A stretch of DNA of 64,000 nt, taken from positions 95,591-159,590 of the forward strand of contig JAGAVJ010000039.1 in NCBI GenBank assembly GCA_017942005.1. Reading direction: 5' to 3'. Origin of the DNA: Clostridia bacterium. GTDB lineage: Bacteria; Bacillota; Clostridia; Oscillospirales; CAG-272. Of the stretch, positions 36,547-46,283 are shown in pieces; the stretch's first letter is position 1; each line of letters starts with the position of its first letter. Both the position numbers and the translations under genes were made by a program. The notes below the pieces were generated by a model that had not been told where the DNA came from, made no database searches, and saw nothing but the letters and a program-made list of their open reading frames with translations.

Positions 36547-37470
36547 TCAATTGACCTTTACCGGCTTTTGACATCTGTTGTGAATTTCTGCGGCGCGTCG
36601 TTCGAGTGCCTTCTTGTCGGCAAATTCGCGGTTGTCGTACTCGATCTCTCGTCCAAGCTGTTCACATTTGGAAATTCCAAGCGGATGATACGGTTCTAAA
36701 TGGACCTCTTTGATCTGGGTGTACTGTTTGGCAAGTGCTGCAATTTGATCAAAATGCGTTTGTGTATCGTTACACGACGGGATGATCGGGCAGCGCAGAA
36801 TCACGGATGCACCGTATTCTTCAAGCAGTGCAAGCGATGTTAAAATCGGCGCCTGCGGTACACCGGTCAGCGCCTCATGCGTATCCGCTTCCGCCTTATA
36901 ATCAAACAAAAACAAATCGACATATGGGATAACGGACAAAAGAACTGCACGGGATGCAAAACCGCACGTCTCCATTGCGACATGCAGTCCCGCTTCCTTT
37001 GCAGCCTGACACAGCGCCAGCGCGGCTTCTGGCTGATACAGCGGCTCTCCGCCGGAAAGCGTGATTCCGCCGCCGCTGGTTTCATAAAAAATGCGGTCGG
37101 ACAGAACCACCTGCATGATTTCATCAATCGTTGTCATGCTGCCGCACAGCTCCAGCGCTTTGGTCGGGCATACCGATGCACAGGCGCCGCACGCGGTACA
37201 GTGTTCTCTGTGCAGCAGATGTTCTGGCGCGCCTTCCGCTCCCTGCGACAGCGTATGAACCGCGTTTGGACAAACCGCGGCACAGGCGCCGCAGGAAATG
37301 CATTTTTGTTTGACATATAAAAGCTCCGGTACAGCCCGGTTGGATTCCGGATTGTGGCACCATTTGCAGCGCAGAGGACAGCCTTTAAAAAACACGGTGG
37401 TACGGATTCCGGGACCGTCGTCTACGGAGAAACGTTGAATATTGAATATATTGACTTTCATTTGATACAA
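36547..37470 (-). CDS. Glycyl-radical enzyme activating protein (PflA family, with ferredoxin-like insert)
   Basis: Radical SAM CPLRCKWCHNPES plus two extra CxxCxxCxxxCP clusters, then GGGITLSGGEP. Confidence 0.85.
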   Translation of the reverse strand: MYQMKVNIFNIQRFSVDDGPGIRTTVFFKGCPLRCKWCHNPESNRAVPELLYVKQKCISCGACAAVCPNAVHTLSQGAEGAPEHLLHREHCTACGACASVCPTKALELCGSMTTIDEIMQVVLSDRIFYETSGGGITLSGGEPLYQPEAALALCQAAKEAGLHVAMETCGFASRAVLLSVIPYVDLFLFDYKAEADTHEALTGVPQAPILTSLALLEEYGASVILRCPIIPSCNDTQTHFDQIAALAKQYTQIKEVHLEPYHPLGISKCEQLGREIEYDNREFADKKALERRAAEIHNRCQKPVKVN

Positions 37471-37781
37471 TCATTCCTTTTATGTTGAAACCTTACTCCT
37501 GCCGCACCTTGAGTAGGCACAGAAGTCTGAGACAAAAATTTGAGAGGAATTCTCTTTCTGATAGGTGCTTGCGTCGTTTTACAAAATGAGAGGTATGGTC
37601 ATTTGACAATGTCGCCCTACATGTTTTTTTATTATAGCGGAAAAAGCGAAAATTGTCAATAGATTTAAAAATTTTCATACGATATCCGGGGAAACATATT
37701 GACTTTTTGTGTGATTTATGATATTATTTATTTTAATAAAACAGCAGAAATAGAAATTGAAAGAGAGATGATTTCGTTTAT

Positions 37782-39284
37782 ATGAAACATAAGAAGCTGC
37801 CGCTTTTCGCCATGCTGCTCTGCACGCTGATTGCTGCCAGTGCATGCGGCGGAACCGGAGACGGGGATACAAAACCAGAGGAAACCCAGTCCCAGAAAAC
37901 GGACAATACCTCCGCTTCCCAGACAGAAGAAGTTGACGCACTGACTGCCCGTATGAATGTCAGTGACAATCTGGAAGCAGCAGATTTTGGAGGACGCGTG
38001 TTCCGTATTCTCGGCGACGATGCATGTGAAGACTATTACACACAGAAAGAGGAAACCGGAGACGCGCTGGACGACGCCGTATATGCACGCAACAGCGCAA
38101 TATCGGATCGTTTCAATGTGCAGATCGAAGCCGCCGTATTCCCGGAAGATCAATTGACCAAAAAACTGAAAAATTCCGTCATGGCAAATGATGACGAATA
38201 TCAGCTGTTCGCAGGACATATTATTCATGCCGGAAACGCCGTCTGTGACAGTATCTACTACAACTGGTACGATATTCCGCACATTGATTTTTCCAAACCG
38301 TGGTGGCCGCAGTCCAATGTGGAGGATTTGACCTACGACGGAAAAGCGTTTATTGTCATGGGTGACTTTGCACTGTCCACCATCGACTCTACCTACTGCT
38401 TCTACTACAACAAGCAGATTGCACAGGACTACGACCTCCCTGATTTGTATGAAACGGTCAATTCCGGCAAATGGACCATCGATCGTCTGGCGGAAATTTC
38501 AAAATCCGTCTATCGTGATCTGGACGGTGACGGAAATGCGGACGCAGACGACCTGTACGGGTATGCCATCTGGGCACGTTCTCCAATCAACACCTATCTT
38601 TGGGCGTTTGGCGAAAAACTCGGCAAAAAACAAAAGGACGGCACAATTGCACTCGACTATTTCAACGATAAGGTTGTCGATATTTACCAGAAGTTAAATG
38701 ATTTCAGCTGGAACACACCGGGCGTTTATATGGATATTGCAAGCGTTACGGGTATCAACGAGGACAATGTCGCCATGACCATGTTCCGCAACAATCAGGT
38801 ACTGTTCATGCCCAACACCTTCAATTCCGCTGCAACTGCTCTGCGTGATTTTGAAACCGACTACGGCATTCTTCCCTATCCAAAGTGGGATGAAGCACAG
38901 GACGGCTATTATACCATGGTCGACGGCGGACATGAAGGGCTTGCTGTTCCGGTTTCCGTTAAAGATGTTGAATTTGTCGGCACCATTACAGAAGCGCTCA
39001 ATGCGGAAAGCTACAAGCGCACCGTCCCTGTATTCTATGACATCGTTCTGAAAACCAAAGGCTCACGCGATGAACAGTCGGTCGCGATGCTCGATATGAT
39101 TTTTGCAAACCGTATTTTTGACTTCGGTTATGTGTACGGTGAATTCGGCGCGGCATTCTGGGTACAGTATTTAATGGAAAAGAAGTCTGCCGATATCGCT
39201 TCCTATTACCAGAAAAATCACGCCTCCTATGACAAGAAAATTGCCAAAGCCATTGAATTCTTTGAAGAATACGAAAAACCATAA
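37782..39284 (+). CDS. LplA-like extracellular solute-binding lipoprotein (paralog 3 of 5)
   Basis: Lipobox LCTLIAASAC and motif GILPYPKWDEAQDGY. Confidence 0.7.
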   Translation: MKHKKLPLFAMLLCTLIAASACGGTGDGDTKPEETQSQKTDNTSASQTEEVDALTARMNVSDNLEAADFGGRVFRILGDDACEDYYTQKEETGDALDDAVYARNSAISDRFNVQIEAAVFPEDQLTKKLKNSVMANDDEYQLFAGHIIHAGNAVCDSIYYNWYDIPHIDFSKPWWPQSNVEDLTYDGKAFIVMGDFALSTIDSTYCFYYNKQIAQDYDLPDLYETVNSGKWTIDRLAEISKSVYRDLDGDGNADADDLYGYAIWARSPINTYLWAFGEKLGKKQKDGTIALDYFNDKVVDIYQKLNDFSWNTPGVYMDIASVTGINEDNVAMTMFRNNQVLFMPNTFNSAATALRDFETDYGILPYPKWDEAQDGYYTMVDGGHEGLAVPVSVKDVEFVGTITEALNAESYKRTVPVFYDIVLKTKGSRDEQSVAMLDMIFANRIFDFGYVYGEFGAAFWVQYLMEKKSADIASYYQKNHASYDKKIAKAIEFFEEYEKP

Positions 39285-39292
39285 GAAAAATC

Positions 39293-39330
39293 GGAGATAT
39301 TTTGTCTCCAAACCTATTTTTCTGTCTTTG
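39293..39330 (+). terminator. Short hairpin + mirror tract + T-rich run after paralog 3
   Basis: GGAGA-TATTTTG-TCTCC-AAA-CCTAT-TTTTCTGTCTTTG. Confidence 0.4.
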
Positions 39331-39389
39331 TTGTGTAGCTCTCGCTACAATTTCACATAGAAAGGAAATCACTTTTACATTTTGTCAAT

Positions 39390-40901
39390 GTGATGATCAT
39401 GATTATGAAACATACACAAAAACAAGGAATTTTGGCGCTGCTTGCGCTGTTATGCGCCGCATCCGTATTCTCATCCTGCGGTTCCCCCTCCGATAAAAAG
39501 GACGATAAAACACCGAACACAGAAAATCATCCGGCCACAGACGCCACGACAGAAGCGCCTGCACCAGAACGTATCAAGGCAAACCTTCCGGACAAAGACT
39601 TCGGCGGAGAAACCTTCACCTTCTACGGCCGCATTTATGAGGGAGAATGGACCGCAAACGATATCTTTTCCCATACGGAAGACGGCGAGCTGATCAACGA
39701 TGCGCTGTATAACCGTACCACGTACATTGAAGAAACTTACAACGTCAAGCTTGACGCCATTGAAAGCGGTGAGGTCACCGTTACCTCTAAATTAAAAACA
39801 CTTCTTACTGCAGGCGACACCTCATTCCAGGCAATCTGCTGCGACGTATATGACGCAGGCGCACTCTCCGTTGAGGGTATGCTGCTTGATTTGAACCACG
39901 TAGAAAATCTTGATCTTTCTGCGGATTGGTGGGCACAGCAGACCAATGCATCCCTTTCCATTGCAAATAAGCAGTTTTACGTGACCGGTGATATCAGCAT
40001 CGTTGACAACCGCTCTACACGTGTCCTGTTCTTTAACAAGGATATCATCCGTTCTCTTGATCTTGAAAACCCCTATGATCTGGTCGACAACAATCAATGG
40101 ACCATCGAAAAATTTATCGAACTGTCTGAGGCTGCACTGTACGATGTAAACGGCGACGGCACCTATGACCGTCAGACGGATCAGTTTGGCGTTATGGCAC
40201 AGAAGCAGTTTGGCTCTGTTTTGTATTTCGCCTCCGGAAATCTTTTGACCGGAAAGGATCAAAACGACATTCCCTATGCGCTTTGCAGCACAGAAAAAGC
40301 AATCAGCGTTATGACCGGCATTTCCGATAAAATCTCCGGCTTGAAATCCATATCGCTCAGCGACGATAATACGTTTAAGAACGATTATCCTGACAATATT
40401 GTTTACTTTATGGACGGTCGCGCCCTGTTCGCACCGGAAGTTTTGACACATATTGCAACCATGCGCAACTGCACCGTCGACATCGGCATTCTCCCTCCGC
40501 CGAAATATGAGGCTTCACAGGATGCATACTATTGCTTTGCAGACGGTTGGTGCGTCAATGTATACTCCATTCCTTCCACCAATGTCAATTCCGCCGATGC
40601 CGGCTTTATTCTCGAAGCAATGGCAGCGGACTCTAAAAACAATCTGACGCCTGCCTATTTCAATGTGGTTCTGACCGATAAATATGCACGTGACGAACAG
40701 TCTGTCCGTATGCTGGACCTGATTTTGAATTCTCAGGTTATGGACAACGCAAATATTTTCTCATGGGCATCTATTGAGTCCACCGTTGCAAACGCCATTT
40801 ACAACGGCGGCGCAATCGCTTCTACGATTGAAAAGAAAGTATCTACGCTCGAAAAAATGATCGATAAGACCGTTTCCAAAATTGAAGCAGTGGAAAATTG
40901 A
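39390..40901 (+). CDS. LplA-like extracellular solute-binding lipoprotein (paralog 4 of 5)
   Basis: Lipobox ASVFSSC and motif GILPPPKYEASQDAY. Start is ambiguous (GTG 39390, ATG 39393, ATG 39405). Confidence 0.7.
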   Translation: MMIMIMKHTQKQGILALLALLCAASVFSSCGSPSDKKDDKTPNTENHPATDATTEAPAPERIKANLPDKDFGGETFTFYGRIYEGEWTANDIFSHTEDGELINDALYNRTTYIEETYNVKLDAIESGEVTVTSKLKTLLTAGDTSFQAICCDVYDAGALSVEGMLLDLNHVENLDLSADWWAQQTNASLSIANKQFYVTGDISIVDNRSTRVLFFNKDIIRSLDLENPYDLVDNNQWTIEKFIELSEAALYDVNGDGTYDRQTDQFGVMAQKQFGSVLYFASGNLLTGKDQNDIPYALCSTEKAISVMTGISDKISGLKSISLSDDNTFKNDYPDNIVYFMDGRALFAPEVLTHIATMRNCTVDIGILPPPKYEASQDAYYCFADGWCVNVYSIPSTNVNSADAGFILEAMAADSKNNLTPAYFNVVLTDKYARDEQSVRMLDLILNSQVMDNANIFSWASIESTVANAIYNGGAIASTIEKKVSTLEKMIDKTVSKIEAVEN

Positions 40902-40920
40902 TTCAAGATAGAATGAAACA

Positions 40921-40952
40921 GAAAGGAAGCTTTCGCATTTGCGAACGCTATG
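40921..40952 (+). promoter_or_regulatory. Split SD-hairpin-ATGGTC start module
   Basis: GAAAGGAA-GCTTTCGCATTTGCGAACGC-TATGGTC. Confidence 0.45.
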
Positions 40953-42422
40953 GTCGAATATATGAAGTGTAAATCTCTCCTCCCATTGGCATTGCTTCTT
41001 CTGAGCGCGTCTATCGTAACCGCGTGCAGTGATACAAAATCCGATGACACCAAAAAGGACGCTCCCGAAACAGTCAACTCTACAGAAACAGAAGCAGTCA
41101 CGGAAGCATATCAGGGTCCCATCCTGCCTGAGGCGAATTTCAACGGTGAAACCTTCTCGTTTTACAACAGCTGTATTTGTGACTGGATGGCAATCAACCG
41201 TGTTACCGCCGATGAGGAAACCGGCGACACCTTAAACGACGCAGTGTATCGGCGCAATTTAAAGGTCGCTGAACAATACAACGTCACGTTTTCAGAATAT
41301 CAGAACGGTGACAATATTTTAAAGACCGCCATTAACTTTATTTCCTCCGGTGATACGACACATTCCATCTATCTTTTGCGTGAGGATCCCGCTTTCAACA
41401 TTGTTTTGCAAAACGGCGCTGTCGATTTTGCCAATATTCCATATCTGAATCTCAATAGAGAATGGTGGCTGCAATCCACGCTTGAAAATCTGTCGTTTGA
41501 TCACCGCGTATTCTTCGGTACATCCACCTTTGATACCACCCACTATGACGGTACCTCCGCACTGTATTTCAATAAATCGCTGATTGATTCCTTTGATTTG
41601 GAAAACCCCTATGAGCTGGTCAAAAGCGGTAAATGGACCGTTGCCAAAATGGACGAAATGGCACGCACGGTTGCATCCGATATCAACGGTGATGGAAAAT
41701 GGGATGAAAACGATCGTTTCGGTATGACCTCCCATGAAATTCTCATCACACGGTTTTTAATGGCAGGTATGAACGCACCGCTGTCCCTCTCCAAGGATGA
41801 TAACGATTTGTTATATTTCGATATGCTATCCGACTACTACATCGACCGCATGACGCTTGCTGCCAATGTCATTTCCCAGAAGGACGGCTTCTACCATACC
41901 AAGGCAAATTCCGGCAACCACGGCGGTTATGAATACTTTTTAGCCGGCAATGTTTTATTCTACAATGAAACGCTGGGCAATGCGCAGAAGCTGCGTCAGA
42001 TGACGCTGGACTTTGGCATTCTGCCTGCGCCAAAGTATGATGAAAGCCAGGAAGGCTACCATAACGACGTCATCGAATCTTACTTCATGCTGGTTCCCTC
42101 AACCAATCCGGACCTTGAGCGCACCGGTATTTTAATGGAAGCGCTTGCATATGCATCTCTTGATACCGTTGTTCCCTCCGCGTATGACGGCATGCTGCAG
42201 GGTATCGTTTCCCGTGATACCGACTCAGAAGAAATGCTCGATATCATCTTTGATACACTGACCTTCTGTCATCCAGTCGCGCAGTCGTACACCTTAACAA
42301 ACCTCTACATGCGTATCTTTACAGGTAAGACGGATTTTGCTTCCTTCTTAACCAAATCTGAATCGAAGGTGGAAGCTGCCATCGAGGCTGCTATTACCGC
42401 ATACCGCGAAAACAACGATTGA
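40950..42422 (+). CDS. LplA-like extracellular solute-binding lipoprotein (paralog 5 of 5)
   Basis: Lipobox SASIVTAC and motif GILPAPKYDESQEGY. ATGGTC at 40950 is in frame with ATG at 40962. Confidence 0.7.
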   Translation: MVEYMKCKSLLPLALLLLSASIVTACSDTKSDDTKKDAPETVNSTETEAVTEAYQGPILPEANFNGETFSFYNSCICDWMAINRVTADEETGDTLNDAVYRRNLKVAEQYNVTFSEYQNGDNILKTAINFISSGDTTHSIYLLREDPAFNIVLQNGAVDFANIPYLNLNREWWLQSTLENLSFDHRVFFGTSTFDTTHYDGTSALYFNKSLIDSFDLENPYELVKSGKWTVAKMDEMARTVASDINGDGKWDENDRFGMTSHEILITRFLMAGMNAPLSLSKDDNDLLYFDMLSDYYIDRMTLAANVISQKDGFYHTKANSGNHGGYEYFLAGNVLFYNETLGNAQKLRQMTLDFGILPAPKYDESQEGYHNDVIESYFMLVPSTNPDLERTGILMEALAYASLDTVVPSAYDGMLQGIVSRDTDSEEMLDIIFDTLTFCHPVAQSYTLTNLYMRIFTGKTDFASFLTKSESKVEAAIEAAITAYRENND

Positions 42423-42549
42423 TCGCCGCACGACGGGCTGCCGCATTCACATGACTCCATACGGCTGTCGTACACGAAAGCCTGTAAAATTCGATGGTTC
42501 TGGTATATAATACCAAAAACCCCTTCTGTATCCAGCATTTCCAGTATTC

Positions 42550-42590
42550 GGACAGCCGCAGAAAGATCATTGCGGCTGTCCCGTTTTTTA
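42550..42590 (+). terminator. Intrinsic terminator after the SBP triplet
   Basis: GGACAGCCGCA(10 nt)TGCGGCTGTCC followed by CGTTTTTTATT. Confidence 0.75.
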
Positions 42591-42720
42591 TTCTCAAAAA
42601 CGTTACATTTGCTTTGGTTTCTGTGCCTTGCATCCATGTGTGAAATATGATACAATAGGTATTGTGAGAGTTTCATCATTTTTGAAACGAGATTTTGCAG
42701 GAAATGCTGCAATTTTACAG

Positions 42721-42783
42721 GAAAGGAAGCGTTTCACAGGTATTTTGAACTATGTGTATATCAAAATATCGCGAAATGCCATG
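42721..42783 (+). promoter_or_regulatory. Split SD-nested hairpin-ATGGTT start module
   Basis: GAAAGGAA-GCGTTTC..[TATTTTGA(12 nt)TCAAAATA]..GCGAAATGC-CATGGTT. Both flanks are homologous to 40921-40952. Confidence 0.45.
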
Positions 42784-45700
42784 GTTTTACATATGCAAAT
42801 GAACATAAAACGGAAAAACGCCGTGCGATGGCACCGCATCACAGCGGCATGCCTTGCACTTATCACAACGATTCCGCTCTTTTCCGTCGGTATCTCTGCA
42901 TTTGCGATTGCAGATGAACATATTTCCTACCGCACAAAGGAAACGCTGACCGATGGGATGATTTTGGAGACGCTGCACGCAGAGAAAGACAATGCCGCCG
43001 AGGAAGGATATCTCTTTACCTTTACCCCCGGAAAAGCCGCTCTGCCCATTGTAACCGCAGGAAAGGGTGTCTGGGGACGCGAAACCGCAACAACCATGAC
43101 AAATGCACTGGTCAAGGACGGATACGCGGTTCTCGGCGGAGTCAATGCAGACTTCTTTTCGATGAAGACCGGGATTCCCATGGGCGTCATGATGATGGAC
43201 GGCGTCATCCTCTCCTCCGATGCCGGTGAAAATGCCATTGGTATGAAACAGGATGGCAGCATGATCATCGGCTGTCCCAAAATCAATATCACCCTGCACA
43301 AGACACAGAAAACCGATGATGCGGACAAGCCCCTATCCCCTGGCATCATAACAGGTGATCCCACCGAAAAAACGGTTGATATTCCAGTCAATCACATCAA
43401 TAAATATCCCTCCATATGGGGCGCATACCTCTGTACGCCAGACTTTGACAAAACCACCCATTCGACAGAAAAGGGAACGGAGATCGTATTCCGTCTGGAT
43501 GAGGGCAGTTTTGTCATTGACAAAAGCACACAGAATCCTGCTGCCAATGGCAATACAGGGTCATCGACCGGCTCCTCTGTATCCACGGAAACCAAACCGA
43601 TCAAGGCAACGGTAACAGAAATCCGGACCGATGCCATCAACGGCGCCATTCCGGACGACGGCTTTGTTATTGTGATACACAACAGCGCCGCCAATGCAAA
43701 CAAGTTCCGGGACTTCTCTGTCGGTGAAACGGTCACGTTCACCTGTACCGCTGCCAATGGATGGGAAGACGTTGTGTTTGCCGTCGGCGGCGGCGACATT
43801 CTGGTCGATAACGGCGCCGCAAAAACAGAGGGATTTTCAGCAGAGCACGCGGACAAGCGGCATCCGCGCACGGCCGTCGGCTATACCGCTGACGGAAACA
43901 TGCTGGTATTCGCTGTGGACGGGCGCACCGGTGCGTCTGAGGGAATGACGCTTGCAGAGCTTGCCCGGACCATGCGGGACTTTGGCTGTATCAGTGCATT
44001 AAATCTTGACGGCGGCGGCTCAACCACAGTGCTGGTACGGGAACGCGACGGCGCGTTCCTTGTCGCCAACAATCCGACCGACGGGTACGAACGCACCATC
44101 TCCAATGCACTGCTTTTTGTAAATACCGCAGAACCGGATGGAGTTCCATGCTTTGCAGAAATCACACCCGATGCACCGATTGTCTATCGGGATACTGCAA
44201 TTCCGCTTTCTATCGCGTTTTATGACAAAAGCTATGCACAGGTTTCCTGTCCGGAGGCAAACGTCACATGGGTCTCTGACGGCGGCATCATCAAAGACGG
44301 CGTATTGACCCCGTCTTCTCCGAATCCGGGTGTCATTACAGTTTCTGCGCAGGTACATATTCCAATGACTGAACAAAAAAACAATACCGCACCAAATGAA
44401 GCGGTAACTGAAAAAATCGTGACGGTTTCCACAAAGGTTTATCAGGTTGACAAGCTTGACAGCATCCAGACCGCAGTTTCTGCACTGGAGGTTCCCTTTG
44501 GCGGCATCTCCGATCCCATTTCGGTCACAGGCGTATGGAAGGGACGGAAGGAGAAGGTACATATTCATCCTTCCTATCTCACCGTCGCCTTTGCACCGGA
44601 TGACAGCACACAAAACAAGGCGGACTTGCATACCTGCGCATATGGCAGCATCGACAGCACACTTTCGGTTCACAATACTGCAAGCGCCGCAGACCCTGCC
44701 ATCAACACGCTTCTTGCAAAATCCGGTTTCCCGCAGTCAACGCTGACCTTCTCTCTCACAGATTCCAGTACAACGCATACCACATCGATCCCTGTGACCT
44801 TCGGCGCTGCGCCGCAGATTGTCATGGATATGGAGGAAAAGGACGTGCAGAACCGCTTCTCCGTGCCATCAGCCACGGATACTGTGTCACGGCTGGCGGT
44901 CGGCGGAAGGGGTGACTCGGCAGCGGTCGCCGTTGCGGCGCCGTCCGTTTCACTGACCAAAACACCCCCGTCACAAACCCCCGTGAAGCGTATGGATCTG
45001 TACGTCAAGGGGACCCTTCCAAACGTTCTGCAGGCAGTCATTTCCTACCATGGCACCGCCTATACACTGCCATGGACCGTCACAGACGACTTTACACGGC
45101 TGGACGGCTGGAAACGGATTTCCCTTGACCTTACCGCGATTGCTCCAAACGGCATCCGTGATTTTACAATCAATACCCTGTTGACCACACAGGCAGCAGA
45201 CTCCACATCCACGATCGAACCGGAAAAATTCTCGCTGACCATTGACAATCTGGTCTACGATTTCGGCGATGCGCTTCCTGTTTTCTGTGACATTGCAGAC
45301 TCCTGGGCAAAGGACAGCATCCTTTCTGTCGCACGGATGCAGGTGGTCGGCGGCATTCCCATGGCAGACGGTACCTATGCCTTCCGTCCCACAGGTCTTC
45401 TGACACGTGCGGAATTTGCCAAGATGATCTGTGTCTTTGCAGGATTGACCGTTCCCGAAGCGCCGACAGAAGAAGAACTGTTCCCGCCGACCGCTCCTGC
45501 TTCTCAAACACCTCCCGATCCAACTGCATCTGCAGCTGCAGATGCACGGGCAAATACGGATGCAGCAGACACCGCAGACACACAAAATACACAAGCGTCT
45601 GACACTGCTGGAACACAGGACGGAAAACCTGCTGTAACTGACCCTGGCAGTGTAACTTCTGACGGTAATACGGATTCTGAAAAAACGCCTGATACTGCTG

Positions 45701-46119
45701 CGACTCCCTATCTGCCGTTTACCGATCTTGCAGACATTCCCGCATGGGCGCTTCCCTATATCAAAGCGGTCACAGAGGCCGGTCTGATGCGCGGCAAGAG
45801 CACAGGAGCACAGGACGCACAGGGAAATGCCATTCTGCGGTTTGCTGCTTCGGACACGATGACGCGCGCAGAAGTGCTTCAGGTACTCGGTACGCTTTTG
45901 CCGGACGGTACGACGAACGAGAACACCACGGTATCTCCCATCACATTTGCGGACAGTGCATCCATCCCCGCATGGGCGAAAATAAATATTGATCGATGTG
46001 TCGGTGCTGGTATCGTAAGCGGCTTTGAGGACAACACCATCCGTCCCAACGCAACCATCACAAGAGCAGAAATTGCCGCGCTTCTGGTTCGCACAAACAA
46101 TTCCGGTCTTTTAAAATAA
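42781..46119 (+). CDS. Cell-surface phosphodiester glycosidase (NAGPA/DUF2233-like) protein with three C-terminal SLH domains
   Basis: Signal or anchor helix. NAGPA-type LNLDGGGSTT and HPRTAVGY motifs. Ig-like middle region. Pro/Thr/Asp-rich linker. Three SLH repeats (F.D....WA......V...G...G......P....TRAE). Start is 42781 or 42793. Confidence 0.7.
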   Translation: MVLHMQMNIKRKNAVRWHRITAACLALITTIPLFSVGISAFAIADEHISYRTKETLTDGMILETLHAEKDNAAEEGYLFTFTPGKAALPIVTAGKGVWGRETATTMTNALVKDGYAVLGGVNADFFSMKTGIPMGVMMMDGVILSSDAGENAIGMKQDGSMIIGCPKINITLHKTQKTDDADKPLSPGIITGDPTEKTVDIPVNHINKYPSIWGAYLCTPDFDKTTHSTEKGTEIVFRLDEGSFVIDKSTQNPAANGNTGSSTGSSVSTETKPIKATVTEIRTDAINGAIPDDGFVIVIHNSAANANKFRDFSVGETVTFTCTAANGWEDVVFAVGGGDILVDNGAAKTEGFSAEHADKRHPRTAVGYTADGNMLVFAVDGRTGASEGMTLAELARTMRDFGCISALNLDGGGSTTVLVRERDGAFLVANNPTDGYERTISNALLFVNTAEPDGVPCFAEITPDAPIVYRDTAIPLSIAFYDKSYAQVSCPEANVTWVSDGGIIKDGVLTPSSPNPGVITVSAQVHIPMTEQKNNTAPNEAVTEKIVTVSTKVYQVDKLDSIQTAVSALEVPFGGISDPISVTGVWKGRKEKVHIHPSYLTVAFAPDDSTQNKADLHTCAYGSIDSTLSVHNTASAADPAINTLLAKSGFPQSTLTFSLTDSSTTHTTSIPVTFGAAPQIVMDMEEKDVQNRFSVPSATDTVSRLAVGGRGDSAAVAVAAPSVSLTKTPPSQTPVKRMDLYVKGTLPNVLQAVISYHGTAYTLPWTVTDDFTRLDGWKRISLDLTAIAPNGIRDFTINTLLTTQAADSTSTIEPEKFSLTIDNLVYDFGDALPVFCDIADSWAKDSILSVARMQVVGGIPMADGTYAFRPTGLLTRAEFAKMICVFAGLTVPEAPTEEELFPPTAPASQTPPDPTASAAADARANTDAADTADTQNTQASDTAGTQDGKPAVTDPGSVTSDGNTDSEKTPDTAATPYLPFTDLADIPAWALPYIKAVTEAGLMRGKSTGAQDAQGNAILRFAASDTMTRAEVLQVLGTLLPDGTTNENTTVSPITFADSASIPAWAKINIDRCVGAGIVSGFEDNTIRPNATITRAEIAALLVRTNNSGLLK

Positions 46120-46198
46120 CATGAGTTCGATGAATTTATGAGGGAAACTTTTTAAAAAAAAGATTTTCCCCAAACACCTTTCAAAAAACTTTAAACGG
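46119..46198 (+). repeat. Family A element with TIR-like ACATGAGTTCGAT end
   Basis: TTTATG-AGGGAAACTTTTTAAAAAAAAGATTTTCCCC-AAACA-CCTTTC-AAAAAACTTTAAAC. Starts in the stop codon of the SLH protein gene. Confidence 0.75.
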
Positions 46199-46225
46199 AA
46201 CCAAATAAACAAGCTGTATCCATAC

Positions 46226-46269
46226 AAAAATCTCCGCACTGCCGGTTTCCCGGCATGCGGAGATTTTTT
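46226..46269. terminator. Bidirectional intrinsic terminator
   Basis: A5-TCTCCGCACTGCCGG-TTTC-CCGGCATGCGGAGA-T6. Confidence 0.8.
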
Positions 46270-46283
46270 ATGAATGAATTGAT

